Counted from the first letter of the stretch, positions 45,673 through 60,103 are shown. The stretch: 64,000 nt of DNA from Lepidodermella squamata (GCA_047495785.1 JBLDXI010000042.1:2852001-2916000), one strand, 5' to 3'. The notes: a model not told the origin generated them from the sequence alone. Numbers and translations are program-made.

Positions 45673-45769
45673 GCTGTGATACTCTTTTTCTCTGCCATGC
45701 TATGCTGGCACTGCGATGCTGATGCTTTCCTTCTACGTCAAAATAAAGAGCGGATTGGAAATTCTATGT

Positions 45770-45816
45770 TTTTTGCGTTTTGCGTTTTGCGTTTTGCGTT
45801 TTGGTGTTTTGCGTTT
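45770..45816. repeat. (TTTTGCG)n minisatellite
   Basis: About 6 copies of ttttgcg / ttttggtg. Confidence 0.8.
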
Positions 45817-47296
45817 CAGAACAAGAATTCGTTTCCCGCCTCTTTTATTTCGAGAATAAGAAAACAATAATCCTGTCAGGTGCGGATTTGAAATAAAAAA
45901 AAATTGTCTAACAAAGAATGAGCCCGTGAGTCCGCAAATATGCTGACACGCACAGGCTCTCATTGCCTATGTGCCACAGAGACTGCTTTAAGTTCTCTTT
46001 TCTTAGAAGGTATGTAATATTATGGAACAAGCTGCCTTTAGACATTGTTAATGGCTCTTTAGCTAATTTTAAATTGTTTGTTGATAATTTGGATAATACG
46101 AAGTTTTTGATATCTACAGTGAGGCGCCTTTGATTGCTAATAATCCTTGAGATTGATTGCAAGCCGGTTTAAAATAAAATAAAATAAAAAATAAAGCCGA
46201 AATTGAATCTGTTGATAAGACGGTAGCCTATCCTCCATCAAAGAAGATGACCAAGTCAAGCCTAAATCAACCGTGGCGATTTCCGCCTAGTTCGTCAAAC
46301 TTCAAGTTCTCGAAAATGTCAGCCTTCGCTTTAGGAATCGTTAAGTCATAAATTCGTCCTGATCCGACGCATAGCTGACCCGCAGAAAATTAAACATTTT
46401 GAATGACGATGCCCGCATTGTGCATTGAATAAGCTTGGAATACGTCGAAGCGAACCCAGATCTATTCATCACGTGATAGTTGATTGTTTAACAACTCGTG
46501 TGACACCAGTTAGCGTATATGCCGTTGCTGAATGCTTACGGTGTAGTTAGAGCGCGTAAAGTTTTGCCTGCTACGTCTCTTTAGATGAGCGTGCCTTTCT
46601 TCGAGTTTCGTCGGTCACATTTGCGGATTGAAACGCATGCAAAATGCGCGACACCGAAGTCGACAGGTTTCAGTTTCAATTGGCCGGCAATCGAGGGGGA
46701 CCAGGCACGAGACGTAGCTATAGCTACGCCTCATGGAACCAAGTTGATCACAACAAAAACCAAACACAAAAAGTTCGGAGAACTCGAAACTTGTGCTGCA
46801 AAATTTTCGCATATTCTAGTGAATAGTTCTGAATTTGAGAGTTTTATTAAACGTTAACAAAAAATATTAAGATTTTTTAATATCACCTTCACGTTGAATG
46901 CGCGGTATTTTTTAGCGTGGTCTTGCCTTTCGAGTTCAAAGTCCAGCTGAACTTTGAGCCCGTCGTTTTTGGCCTTGCTTGTCAGTTCAAAAGGTCTGCC
47001 ACACCGCTGAGATCGTCTCAGTCTTGTTTCTTGTTTTAGCGGTTCGTGTCCTGAGGCAAGAATAGATTTTAGATGTCGGAGTCATCTCGATTCACTTAGA
47101 AGCTGGCATTTCATGTCTTCATTACTTGCCGTGACAAACTTTCCTCAAACCGGGTTTCGCCCTTGAATCACATACGTTTATAAGTGATTTTAATTCATCT
47201 TCATATGTTTTAGTCTTGGTTTTGGGATCAATGCTTAACTAACTAATGCTGTTGTGTCATTTAGAAACATTTTAAAGAACCCTGGCAATCTGGAAA

Positions 47297-49650
47297 ATGC
47301 TTGTCAATAAAATGAGCCAAAAATTGGCCTCTTCCGCGAGACTGGCCGCGAATTCCACTCGGTTGATATTGAAGCTTTTTATCCGTTCAAATTCCGTATA
47401 AGCTATGTTTTCGCAGACTTATCAGCAGCAGTTCTGTGCTGTCCGTAAAAAGTGGCCCAGATCTTTCGAAGAGAGTGAAGGTATGGATTGAGAAGAATTA
47501 TATTGTTGGTTTTCTCAGAATATGGTGATTTTAGGAATCAGAATCGTTTGCTATGACAATGTTTCGCGGGAAATTACGATGCGAAAAGATTTTTCCATAC
47601 CCGAAAGGTAATTAGGATTGAAATGAATTGATTTTACCCACTTTATATTAATCATTTTCAGCTTTGACATCTGAGCAAGAGCAAGATTTGCGTCAATTAG
47701 TCGACCCAGCTTCAAAGTTTTTGCAAGTGAGTGTTTAGCTTGGTAGAATCGTAGATCGTAGAACCAATAAGAATTCAATACTAACTATTGAATACTAATA
47801 AATTGCAGGAAGTCAATAACTCGAAGAAAAACGACGAGCTTGAAGCGATTGAAGAGAACACTATCAAAGGCGCCCGTGAATTAGGATTGTTTGGGCTTCA
47901 AGTGCCAGTAGAACTTGGTAAGCTTGCTTCATTTATTATTGAAAATTCGATTGATTCCACGGCTTGAATAGGTGGCCTCGGACTGAGCAACGTACAATAC
48001 GGCAAGCTTGTCGAAATCGTCGGTGAGCATGATTTGTCCGTGGGTATTGCGCTTGGCGCCCACCAGTCGATCGGTTTCAAAGGCATAACGCTGTATGGAA
48101 CGGATGAGCAAAAGAAGAAGTATTTACCAGCACTGGCTCGTGGAGATCAATGGGCCTGCTATTGTCTCACTGAGCCTACTAGCGGCTCTGATGCTGCTGT
48201 AATATATCTTTTATTCCTTATTTTTCAAATCTGATGTTATTTTCTTTAGTCTATTCGAAGCCGTGCTGAGCTATCGAAGGATGGAAAGCACTACGTGTAA
48301 GTCAACAACGCATAAGGAAACATTTTATATTTTTAAATTGTTGTCTTATAGCCTCAATGGTAGTAAAATTTGGATCAGTAATGGTGGACTAGCTGAGATT
48401 TTCACCGTTTTCGCCCAAACACCTGTAAAAGACGAGAAGACCGGCGAAGTCAAAGACAAGGTCACAGCTTTTATCGTCGAGCGCGCATTTGGTGGTTTGA
48501 CATCGGGCCCTCCGGAGAAAAAGATGGGCATCAAGGCTTCTAATACCGCTGCATTGCACTTTGATAACGTTAAAATCCCAGTTGAAAATGGTAATTACAG
48601 TCTTCTTGTTGTTGAATTTGAAGCTATAGTTGATCTTATGCAGTTCTTGGGGGTGTTGGCAACGGCTTCAAAGTTGCAGTCAATATCTTGAACGCTGGTC
48701 GCTTCGGCATGGCTGCTGCTTTGGGTGGTACCATGAAATATGCAATCAAGAAATCAACCGATTTTGCTCAACAACGCATCCAGTTTGGCAAGAAAATCTG
48801 CGAATACGCCCATGTTCAAGAGCGCTTGGTCGGCATGGCCATCCATCAATACGCGACTGAGGCAGTTGCGTTCCATCTTGCTGGAACGATGGATAATGGC
48901 GGGAAGGAGTTCCAACTTGAAGCAGCTATGAGCAAGATTTTCGGCTCCGAAAGTGCTTGGTTTGTCGTTGATGAAGCCATTCAACTTCACGGTGGAATGG
49001 GCTTCATGAAAGACACTGGTCTTGAAAAGGTTATGCGAGATCTTCGAATTTTCCGTATTTTCGAGGGTGCCAATGATATTTTGCGCCTTTTCGTCGTCCT
49101 TACGGGTTGCCAACACGCTGGCGGATTTTTAAGTGAACTTGGCCGTGCGTTGAAGAATCCGCTGGGTGGTTTCCCGATTTTGGCGAATGAGGGCAAAAAG
49201 CGGGCGAAACGCGTATTCGGCATGTTGCCTGATGATATGGGCGATGCTACTCAACACGTCCCTGCCGAATTGAAGCACTCCGCTAAAATGTTGAACCATG
49301 CTGTCGATCATTTCGGTTTGGCAGTCCAAGCTCTTCTGATGCGACACGGCAAGGGCATCATCGAGCGCCAACTCGAGCTGATCCGACTATCCGATGCTGC
49401 TATTCAAATCTATGCAATGTCATGCGTTTTGAGTCGAGCCTCAATGGCGATTAAAGACAACAGCCCGACTGCTGAAAACGAGCGCCACATGGCTGAGTTG
49501 TTCACAGCACGTGCCATGCGTTCGATCGCGCAGAATTTGCGTTTGGCAACTAGCAAAACTCTGGCAAACGAAGCCAAAGTCATCTCAACCCTCTCGTCCG
49601 CCCTAATTCAAGCCCAGGGTCCGATTCACAGGCACACCCTGGGATTTTAA
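47297..49650 (+). CDS. ACADVL: Very-long-chain acyl-CoA dehydrogenase (ACADVL-like), copy 1, 8 introns
   Basis: [63 protein letters not shown] and [11 protein letters not shown], plus the VLCAD C-terminal extension. Confidence 0.85.
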
Positions 49651-49869
49651 CGTGACGATCAAAAATCTTACGGAACGCAATTTAGCTCTTTAATGACTAG
49701 TTATGTTGTGGCCTTGCGTTGTATCATCTGATCATTCGTCATTGCTCAAGACAGTGGCGAGATTTTATTGTATTTTAGTGTATCAAGAATTGATAATTAC
49801 TTGATCGAAGTTATTACCCGCGGCTAATAAAATCTTTTGTTTAGGTCAATTTTGTATATTATTGTTGAA

Positions 49870-51870
49870 ATGTTATCTAAACTTGCGTTGTCACGCTCGT
49901 TAACCAATTTAGGCCGAGCAAGTTCGGCGAGGTCAGTTTTTCTCCTCAAGGTGGATTTATTCATTTATTTTTCATCCGATTTGCTAGGAGTTTTCATGCA
50001 ACAGCCGTGGTGAGCGTGAAGAGCGGCCCTGATCTAACGAAGAAAGCCAAAGAGTCTGAATCTTTTGGCATGAATATTTTTCGTGGCCGTTTAAAAGCTG
50101 AAAGGCTTTTCCCTTACCCTAAGAGTAATGAATGTTCCGCGTCAGAACATGCTTATTTATTCCCTGGGTTTTCTAGCATTGAGTGCCGAGCAGAATGAAG
50201 AGTTGCGTTTACTCGTTGATGGAACTGCCAAATTTTTCGAGGAAGTTAATAATCCAGCGAAAAACGATCAAATGGAGAATATCGAGGAGAATACTATGAA
50301 GCAGTTGCGAGAATTAGGCGCTTTTGGCCTGCAGGCTCCTGCCGAACACGGCGGGCTTGGTTTGACCGCAGTTCAATACGCCAGACTTGGCGAAATTGTT
50401 GGTGAAAATGATTTGGGAATAGCTGTTACTTTGGGCGCTCACCAATCCATCGGCTACAGGGGCGTCATGTTATTCGGAACCGACGAGCAGAAGAAGAAGT
50501 ATCTCCCATCCCTGGCTAGGGGCGAAAAAATAGCCGCCTATGCTTTAACGGAGCCAAGCAGTGGTTCAGATGCGGATTCAATTCGAAGCCGAGCTGAATT
50601 ATCAAAGGATGGCAAACATTGGATTTTAAACGGCAGCAAAATCTGGATTAGCAACGGCGGTATAGCCGATTTTTTCACTGTTTTCGCGCAAACGCCGGTG
50701 AAAGACGAGAAAACCGGTAAAGGTAAAGACCGCGTGACTGCTTTTATCATCGAACGAGGCTTCGGCGGGGTTTCCAGCGGCCCGCCTGAGAAGAAAATGG
50801 GCATTAAATGCTCAAATACTGCCACTCTTCACTTTGACAACGTGAAAATTCCGGTCGAAAATGTACTCGGGGAAGTAGGAAATGGCTTTAAGGTGGCTGT
50901 TAACATTTTGAACGCCGGCCGATTCGGAATGGCTGCGGGTTTGTGCGGCACTATGAAGCATGCTATAAAACGATCGACCGATTTCGCTAATCAGCGGGTT
51001 CAATTCGGTAAAAAAATTTGCGAATATGCCCACGTCCAGGAGCGATTAGTCCGTATGGCTTATCTGCAATACGCAACTGAGTCAATCGCGTACCATTTAG
51101 CTGGTAGCATGGACCAGGGGGTGAAAGAGTTCCAGATAGAAGCGGCGATGAGTAAGATTTTCAGCTCGGAATCCGCCTGGTTTTGCTTGGATGAGGCCAT
51201 TCAATTGCATGGTGGTATGGGTTTTATGAAAGAAACTGGTCTTGAACGTGTTTTACGCGATATTCGAATTTACCGAATTTTCGAAGGCGCCAACGATATT
51301 TTACGACTTTTCATCGTCCTAACTGGTATGCAACACGCCGGCGCGTTTCTGAGCGAAATAACCCGGGCTCTCAAAAACCCGTTTGCGAACTGGAAGGTTA
51401 TAGCAGGGGAAGGCGGGAAACGGGCGAAGCGCATTGTCGGCATGTTACCCGAGGACATGGGCGATGCGACTAAATACGTCCAGCCCGAATTTCAGCGATC
51501 CGCTAAAATTTTGAACCATGCTGTTGACCAGTTTGGCGCTGCTGTTGAGCAACTTCTAATTCGTCACGGGAAAGGAATCCTCGATCGCCAACTCGAATTA
51601 ATTCGGCTAGCCGATGCTGCGATTCATATTTACGCGATTGCTTGCACGTTATCCAGAGCTTCCAGTGCGATTGCCGAAAACAGCCCAACGGCTGAACGGG
51701 AGAAAATGCTGGCTGAGCTTTTTATCGCTCGTTCGAGTCAGTTGGTTTTTCAGAATTTGAGGATTGCGACTAGTAAGACCCTTGCTAATGAAAGCAAGGT
51801 CATCTCAACTCTGTCTTCGGCTCTCATCAACGCACAAGGCCCTATCCATCGTCACACCCTCGGTTTCTAA
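49870..51870 (+). CDS. ACADVL: ACADVL-like acyl-CoA dehydrogenase, copy 2, only 2 introns
   Basis: Same motifs as copy 1; a mitochondrial-type leader from ATG 49870; long uninterrupted exon ~50178-51870. Confidence 0.85.
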
Positions 51871-52198
51871 TCATCTAATTGAAATTAGAAATTAGCAGAA
51901 TTCCTGTTAATTTGCTATGTTTTTAGGCCAATTATTTCTGTTTCATAAATCTCTTCGATCAAGTATTCATTTCTGGTGTTGTTTAAGTTATATTTTTTGC
52001 AGTGAAATGTAAATACACGCACCAAGTTCAGACATTTGTTCTTACCTACCTATTCTTTCAAAGTACAGAATGTACCTAATTAAAACATGTGTTTCGCATT
52101 TTTTCGCTCTAGGTATTAAAATGAAGATGATAAAACGATGATTAATCAATTTTTTGGAATTCAATTTTAGTGCATAATATTTTATTGGCGGAAATTTT

Positions 52199-55100
52199 AT
52201 GTACTGGAGACGTGCGCTGCAGAGCTTTGCCAGCTCTTTAACAGCTCGATCATGCGGCTGCCAAAACTTCTTAAGGTGGTCCTCAACTTCGAATAGAGGC
52301 CGCCCTCCGATAGGGGTAAATTACTCGGAATTGAACTCAATTAATTAAGGTGGAACTTGATTTATTTTTAGGTGGTTCTGCCGCTTGAGAAAATTCGAAA
52401 TATCGGTATTTCAGCTCATATCGATTCTGGAAAAACTACACTTACGGAGCGAATTTTGTTCTATTGTGGCCGAATTGACGAAATGCATGAGGTGAAGGGT
52501 AAGGACCAGGTCGGTGCGACTATGGATTTCATGGAGCTGGAACGCGAGCGCGGTATTACGATTCAATCAGCCGCGACTTACATCTGGTGGCGAGAACACA
52601 ACATCAATATCATCGACACGCCGGGTCACGTAGATTTTACCATCGAAGTTGAACGTGCCTTGCGAGTACTTGACGGTGCTATTTTGGTACTTTGCGGCGT
52701 TGGCGGTGTTCAGAGTCAAACTTTCACGGTTACGCGTCAAATGAAACGATACAACGTCCCGTCGATCGCTTTTATCAACAAGCTAGACCGGGGTGGCGCT
52801 GATGCTTTCCGCGTTGTCGATCAAATGAGGTGAAAACATTTTTCATTCAATAATTTCGTTTTTTTATTGCCGATTTTCCGAAAAGAGACGTATCAATTTA
52901 TCGATATAACAGAAATATCTTTTATACATTCACACAACATGAAACTCCACCGGCTAGAGAAGGAAAAAATGATATGAAAATATTTGGTTGACCAGTAGCC
53001 TTATATCAGAAAATAGGGCAAAGTTTGTTGAATTTGATGTCTACCACCTTTCAGGTCTTGGTTATCAGAAATCGTAATGATGCTGACAGTGTATGAAAGT
53101 TTTGCTTTGTTTTGATTTTGAGACGCATAGTGAACGTCCATCGACCAGCGACATCCGTTCAAAGCTGGGCAAAAAGAAAAGAAAATCAAATTTAAAATGA
53201 TTTGCTAACAATTTAATAGATACAACTAAAATAACTGTTACAAGGCTCAGTCTGCTCTTAATTTTGAATATCATAACGATTGAAATAAGTTTAAAACCCC
53301 AGATCTATGTTTATATTCCAAAATATGGGAATGAACTGGGTTTTTTCGAAGGATATTTTATATAAAATCATAAATTCCATACCTAGTTGCTGGTTGAGTG
53401 TATGAAAACAGCTTCATCCTCTTCCTCGAAAACGTCGTAAATTCTCTCGCGGGAAGTAGCTCCATTGAGATGCACATTTCTTATTAGCTGGCTATCAGAC
53501 ATGCAACGACCGTTCATAGCCGGCAAGCTACTCGTCGATTGTTTCCGCGGCTTACTTAGCATAGTGGCTGTTGTCGAATCACAAGTCGCTATGCTGCTTC
53601 GACCGGCCAGCGTACGGCCCTGGTCACTGTCATCTGCTATTTCGCTATCAGTATTACCGGCTCGTTGGCTGAAAGATGTTCGCTTAGGATTTGCCCTGTT
53701 AAGGCGGGTTGCAATTATAGGCGGCAGCGGCATGTGTTTCGCGACTAGTTTTCGATACCGCTGGCTCGATGCGCTGTTGATGAAAAAATTCAGCGAGCAA
53801 TTGGCGTGTTCGAGAACGGCGGTCAATAGCCACACAATCGGCGGAACGTGATCGCCGAGTGGGTACAGGCTATTGATTAGGGCCAAGGTGTACCATGGGA
53901 AGCAGGTGAAGATGAAAATTATCAAAAGCAACAGCGTTCGCCTTAGCGATGCTCGAACTTTGATTGCTTGGTAATTTTTAACTGAAACCGTCCTTCCAGC
54001 CACCGAAATGTAAAAACTGCTGCGCTTTTTCACGCCTCGCAATTCCAAGGCCGCGCCTAGAAAATATTAAGGAGGATTTTTTCATAAATTTGCTATTTTT
54101 TTTATCAAATTTATTACTTTCCGCCATTGCGCTAGTTGATGAAGCCTTGCGAATTTGAACACTCGGCCAGCGATAGGTTGCCCTAGTCAGGTACCAATGT
54201 GAGCTGAATATGAGTAGGGTGCATGCGATGAGGACGATGAAATGCGTTGTTGAAACGCGCCAGTCTGTGTGCACGTAGACGCACATGTGAATGTTTGGGT
54301 CCCAAATGTGACCTTCGTTCATCACTTTGTTCAGGAGTATGTCGAAAATCGTAGCGATTATCCAAGGCAGGGCAATATCAAAAGCCATTTTCACTTTTTT
54401 CCTGATAAAAAAATGAAAAAATTTAATTGATAAAACAATTAGCCTTAAAAGTCTTACTTGTTTAAGGCTTTTAGAGTTTCATTTTGACTTGAGGCACAGA
54501 AGCGTTGGAAAGCAATAGTACATAAAATGAGTAGTGACGTAATTGGAGTAATGGACGAAGCGTAGCCGGTGAAATCACACGCGAAAGTACCCAGATCGAG
54601 GTGCGCATTGGTTAAAATGTTGTGTAAAATCAGCGAATTGACGAAAGCTGCCGTAACTAGATCGCTAATGGCTAAATTTATCGACAGGTAATTTGGTAGC
54701 GTTCTCAGCCGTTGAATATAGACTATTGTGATGATTGTAAATAAATTGCCGACTATTCCTGCGATGATGAGAATGACTAAAATTGGGCCGAATATCAGAG
54801 CTTGAGGCGTGAAGGCCACATCGAAGCCATCTTGATTCGTGTAAATAACACTGCAATTATCTCCTAAGCAGCCTTCCATTTTTTACTCGCCACACATTGT
54901 CTGCCAATTTTTTGTAATAACGCTTTATTTTATTTTAAAATCTAAAAATTCATGAATAAATCTATTTTTAGCGCTAGTTCAGCTATTTTAGATTTATTTA
55001 TGCGCCAGCGCTTTCGTGAGAGGGTTCGCTAATCGATTTGGCATTTGACCTCTTCATTGTTCTATCGAGATCGGAAAGGGGTGGGGTTCTAATGTCGTAT

Positions 55101-58100
55101 TTACGCTTCGCGAAAAATTTCGTGTTCAACTATATCGGACGAAAAATTTCTGCCTGAGTACAAGAAGCGAAAAAAATCATCGGCCTATGTTCATAACTGT
55201 TCAGTTTTTTTCGCTGAAATGGCTTTGTTCGCTTTCTCCGGCATTGTCTCTTGAAATAATAGCGGGCGGCTTGTTATACACTTTTTCCTATTTGTAATGA
55301 TATCGTTCTCGATTAAGAGCGGCGCCATCTGAAAAAAAACGGCGCGAATCTTATGAATTAATGCGATTTCGATTCAAGTCGCGACAAAAAATGCTTCGAA
55401 GCAGCAGCAGTATAATTATTGCTTTATCAGCTTTATATAGAGCGACACGCATCGCAGATTCGCTATGATGGCGAAGACGCAGATTTATTGAATTATCCGC
55501 AGGATATTTCTGTCTAAAAAAATGAAAATCGCTGCGCAAAAATCATAAAGGAAGCCCTGGTTATAAGATCAAACGCGTGGGGCAAATCAGTCTTGTGTGA
55601 TTTTGGCAAGATCTTGAAATAAGACAATTATAATAAGATACTGTAAGAAGGAAATTTATATAAAATAATGTGTATTCAGGTGGCTAGACTGGCACATCGC
55701 TGTATAGGCGTATTATTTTTATTGGTATGTTATATAAAAAATCGCGCCTAATTGAGCGTAACGAGTGATGTTTACCAGATTATAAATGTGTTTATATTAC
55801 AGAGTAAACGAGAGTTGGGTTAACTATATTGATGATCGTTGATTATTGTTATTTCTTGCCAGGCAAAAGTTGGCGCTCAACGCTGCGCTTGTGCAGCTGC
55901 CTATCGGTCGTGAGGCGGGCTTCTCGGGGGTTGTCGACCTGATCCACCGCAAAACCTACCGATTTACTGGCAAATGCGGGTGAGTTACGGTGGTGGAACA
56001 AAAAAAACTAAATAATAATATATCCGACGAAAAATTAGGGAGGAGATGTTGGATGAAAGCATTCCGGATGATTTGAAGAAAGCAGTCGAGCAGAAACGCT
56101 CCGAACTTATCGAACATCTGGCGAATGTCGACGAAAAAATTGGCGATGCTTTCATTTCAGGCGCGCCCATCACCGAAGCCGAGCTGACATCGGCCGTGCG
56201 TCGAACTACGATCAAACGCCTATTTGTCCCTGTTTTCTGCGGATCCGCCTTGAAAAACAAGGGTGTCCAACTCGTAATGGACGGTGTTTTGGACTACCTG
56301 CCAAACCCGGCTGAGGTTGACAATTTCGCCCTGGATATGTCAAACGAAACGCCGACTAAGGTTCTCATGGACCCGGCTAGAAATGACAACAAACCGTGCG
56401 TAGCCCTGGCGTTTAAGCTGGAGCAAGCTCGATCTGGGCAACTTGTGTTCCTTCGAATTTACCAGGGCTGTCTGCGCCGCGGTGATTTCCTGTTCAATAC
56501 TCGCAACGAGAAGCGTGTCCGCGTTTCCCGTCTCGTGCGCATGCATGCCGAGAAAACGGAGGATGTCGATGAAGTTTTCGCGGGTGATATCTGCTCAATC
56601 AATGCGACTGATGTATCGACGGGTGATTCGTTTGTCAGCCGAGATTCGCTGCATTTATCCATGGAGTCGATCCACGTGCCCGACCCGGTTATCAGCATGT
56701 CGATCACGCCGCATAACCGCAAAGACACGGACAATTTCGCGAAGGGTATTTCGCGATTTTTGAAGGAAGATCCGACCTTCCATATGCAGTATGACCCTGA
56801 ATCGAAGGAGACCATTGTCTCGGGAATGGGTGAACTCCACCTTGAAATCTACGCGCAACGACTAGCCCGTGAGTACAACGCACCTTGCACGTTAGGCAAG
56901 CCGAAAGTTGCCTTCCGTGAGACGCTGCTACAGCCGTTTGATTTCGACTATTGGCACCGTAAGCAGCACGGAGGTCGCGGCGAGTATGCGCGCGTAATCG
57001 GTAAACTTGAGCCCCTGCCGCCAGAATTGTACTCGAAAACTGAGTTTGTCGACGAAACTGTCGGTACAAATGTTCCGAAATCGTTCATGCCTGCGATCAA
57101 ACGCGGCTTCCAGAACGCATGCGAGGCTGGTGGCCTACTTTGCGGATTCAAATTGGCGGGTATTCGGTTCCGCTTGACCGACGGTATGTTCCCAGAATAG
57201 GTTTCTAAATCACATGCTTTGCCTAGAAGAAGTAGTCCAGTCCTAATTAGGCCATTATATCATTCAGGTTGGCTAATTCCATTAGTTATGATAAAGTAGC
57301 AAACGTCTAATTGATGTCAAATCAACTGCGAAAAAAATTAACTTTCTCTAGTATAGAAGTCTGATTTAATTATAACTTCGACGTGATCTGATAATAGAGA
57401 AGCGTGAAATCATAAATCTCAGCTAAATTTCAACTGCAATTGCTTGTTCGAAATTCTATAAAAAGGCTATGATTGGTAGGTTGGAGCAAAAAGCTTCCTA
57501 TTTTTAACAGAAAAAAACGACGCATTATTTTAGGCTTGGGTGGTTCATTGATGTTATTCGTGTTTATTTTATAGTGAGTATTACGCGTCGTTTCCATCTG
57601 CGAGAAGTGGCATTTAAAATGTGATTACCCGGACATGGAGACGTCTGAGATTGAGAGAAGGGCAATTCTGAAGAAAACCGGCATTATCGCATTTAATGGT
57701 CAAGAAAGCGGATAAACCAGTTTTTGCGACTGGATTAAAATATATGAAATAATTTGTTACATGGATTTTTATCGTTAAGAGACGAATGCGTAGCCTTGCA
57801 AGTCTAGCTGCTGAATTATGTAGCTTAAAATAACAATGAATTTACCGGAGGAAATATTAATGAAATCGTGGGTTAAGATGATTTAGTCCCGTATGCTGCT
57901 TCTACGAAATCATTAATTCATTGAATATCGATTGAATCAATACAAATCACTGCTTGAGATTTTTCATCTCTCAGCCCCTAGATTTATCGACTTCTTATAG
58001 TGTAATTCTTTTCTCCGTTTTTTAAGGTGCTCATCACATTGTCGATTCGTCTGAATTGGCTTTCCAAAGCGCGACCATGTACGCGATGCGCCAGGCCCTC

Positions 58101-58427
58101 GACGAGGGCCAATGGGGCGTTATTGAGCCGGTTATGCGGGTCGAAGTCTCGGCCCCGGCCGAGTACCAGGGCTCAGTAATGGGTGGTTTGTCGAAGCGAT
58201 CGGCTGTCATGTTGAACGTCGACTCGGCCAGCGATTACTTTGTCATGCTGTGTGAGGTCCCACTCAACAACATGTTCGGCTATGCGACGGAGCTGCGTAC
58301 ACTGACGCAGGGCAAGGGCGAGTTCACGATGGAGTTCAACAAGTACTGCGGCGTGCCCCAGGACATCTCGTCGCGCATGATTGCTCAATATAAGAAGGAG
58401 AAGGAGGCGGCGAGCTCAAAGTCGTAA
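52199..58427 (+). CDS. GFM1: Mitochondrial elongation factor G1; multi-exon with a 3-kb intron at 52830-55862
   Basis: [70 protein letters not shown] and [10 protein letters not shown]. Confidence 0.95.
53383..54879 (-). CDS. Rhodopsin-family (class A) orphan GPCR nested antisense in a GFM1 intron, 3 exons
   Basis: GIVGN (TM1), NLAISDL (TM2), C..IAFQRF (DRY variant), PW (TM4), CFPW (TM6), NCSLNFFIN (TM7). Confidence 0.8.
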
Positions 58428-59026
58428 ACCGGTTCTAAAATTTAGCTGCTTTAAAATTGACTATTCAATCTTCTGAAATCTTCCAAATTAGTCTGAAATT
58501 AATTATTGTTGTTGTGACTTTGATTGTGGACCCCGTAGACCGTGCGTGAGACCCTCTAGATTATTTTACCTTGTCGTGCCAGATATGTATTAAAATAAAA
58601 CGAAATTTTGGCCAAATTCGCGCTCCAGTTACTTTTTTCCAGCAACTCGTGCATCTCATTAATAATTAACGCTAACATTTTTGCAACTAACGATTCGGTA
58701 CTTCAAGCATGAGAAACTTCGATTAAAGCACATTTTCATCAAAAATGTCCGTTTTTATCTTAGCAGCTCGGTTAAGCTGGTTATTTCCTGGCGTAGGCGG
58801 CTCTTTGTCTAGCCAATATTTTCCCAGTTCGGTAGCTAGAAATCATGGCAATTCAAGAATAATTTTCTCGCTAGAAAATATAGTTTTATTTCGCTCTAGA
58901 ATGAAAAATCGTTACAAACAGGATTCGCCCGATAATTGCGATGACTATCAGTTTCAGTATTGTTAACAGTATTCAGTAAAGCAGAACCACAAGATCATCG
59001 TCAATCGTCAACAATAACAACATCAA

Positions 59027-60103
59027 TTAAAAACCATCTCCTAGATTCCAGCCGTATGGCGGTGGAGTAGCACGACTACCAGCTCGACCAGCCCAGTGCC
59101 TCCGATTAGGCGTCTGATCAATCGATTCATTCAGAGCCCAGGCCAATTGATCTTCTTCTGACAAACCGGCCGTGTATTGCTCAGCCTGACTGTAATTTGG
59201 GTTATAGGGCGGGTTCGACGGACGGTATCCGGTGCGCTGGCCAGCACCTGAAAAGGGCGAAGACCAGTTGGGCCAGAAGCCACCATTATTATTGTTTTGA
59301 GCTGTGTAGTTTTCACGACGACGACTCTGAGATCCGCCATTCAGACCCAACAAGGGCGCGATAGCACCGTAATACAAGGAATCAATCACGATTTTAAGAG
59401 GTTTGTAAATATACAGCAATCCAACAAGAATTCCCGCCAAATGGCCTAGAATGAAAAAATGATTCAATAATTATTAAAATAATTAAAGCAAATCAAATTT
59501 ACCTGTGAAAGATGCGTTAGGGGTCACAAGTTGAATCGCAACAAGTTCGGCCCAGCAGGCATATCGAGAGTTTACCGGAAACATACCCATTACAAGCATA
59601 GTGTGCGCTTCATCGTAATGACTCGCTAGAACTTTGAGCGCGAAAATGACCGCCGAAAAGCCTGCGGCGCATGTATGCAATCGGCCATAATCATCCAAAA
59701 CGTCAGCTAAAATGTAGTCAAGTACTACAGTACCAACCCCGCACAGAGGAATGAAAGCCAAAATCAAGCAGAAGTAGTAGGCAGATGAAAAGCGCCTTCC
59801 TTCGAGGCGCGTTCCTTTCCAGAGAAGAGAAGCCATATTAAAATATAGATGCCATTCGTCGAGGTGAACAAGCGCGCCAGTAAAGAGGCGCCAAAATTCC
59901 ATACGTTTCCAAATTGTGTCATAGCCGATGCAGACATTTCGGGGCCCGAAATTATGAAAGTCGTCCAGAATGCCGAAGTAAATCAGAAATTGAATGCCAA
60001 TTAAGCTCAAAGTTACTGGTGGAATGTTTTGAAACCCAATATTGGCTATTTCCGACAAAAATAGTATCGTTGGAAGGCCAGGGCGGCGCGAAGGGCCCGG
60101 CAT
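59027..60103 (-). CDS. RHBDD1: Rhomboid-related protein 4 (RHBDD1/RHBDL4), 2 exons
   Basis: IPPVTL, WRL, HLYFNM.SLLWKG, catalytic GFS, SFTGHLAGILVG; UIM-like SEEDQLAWALNES. Confidence 0.9.
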
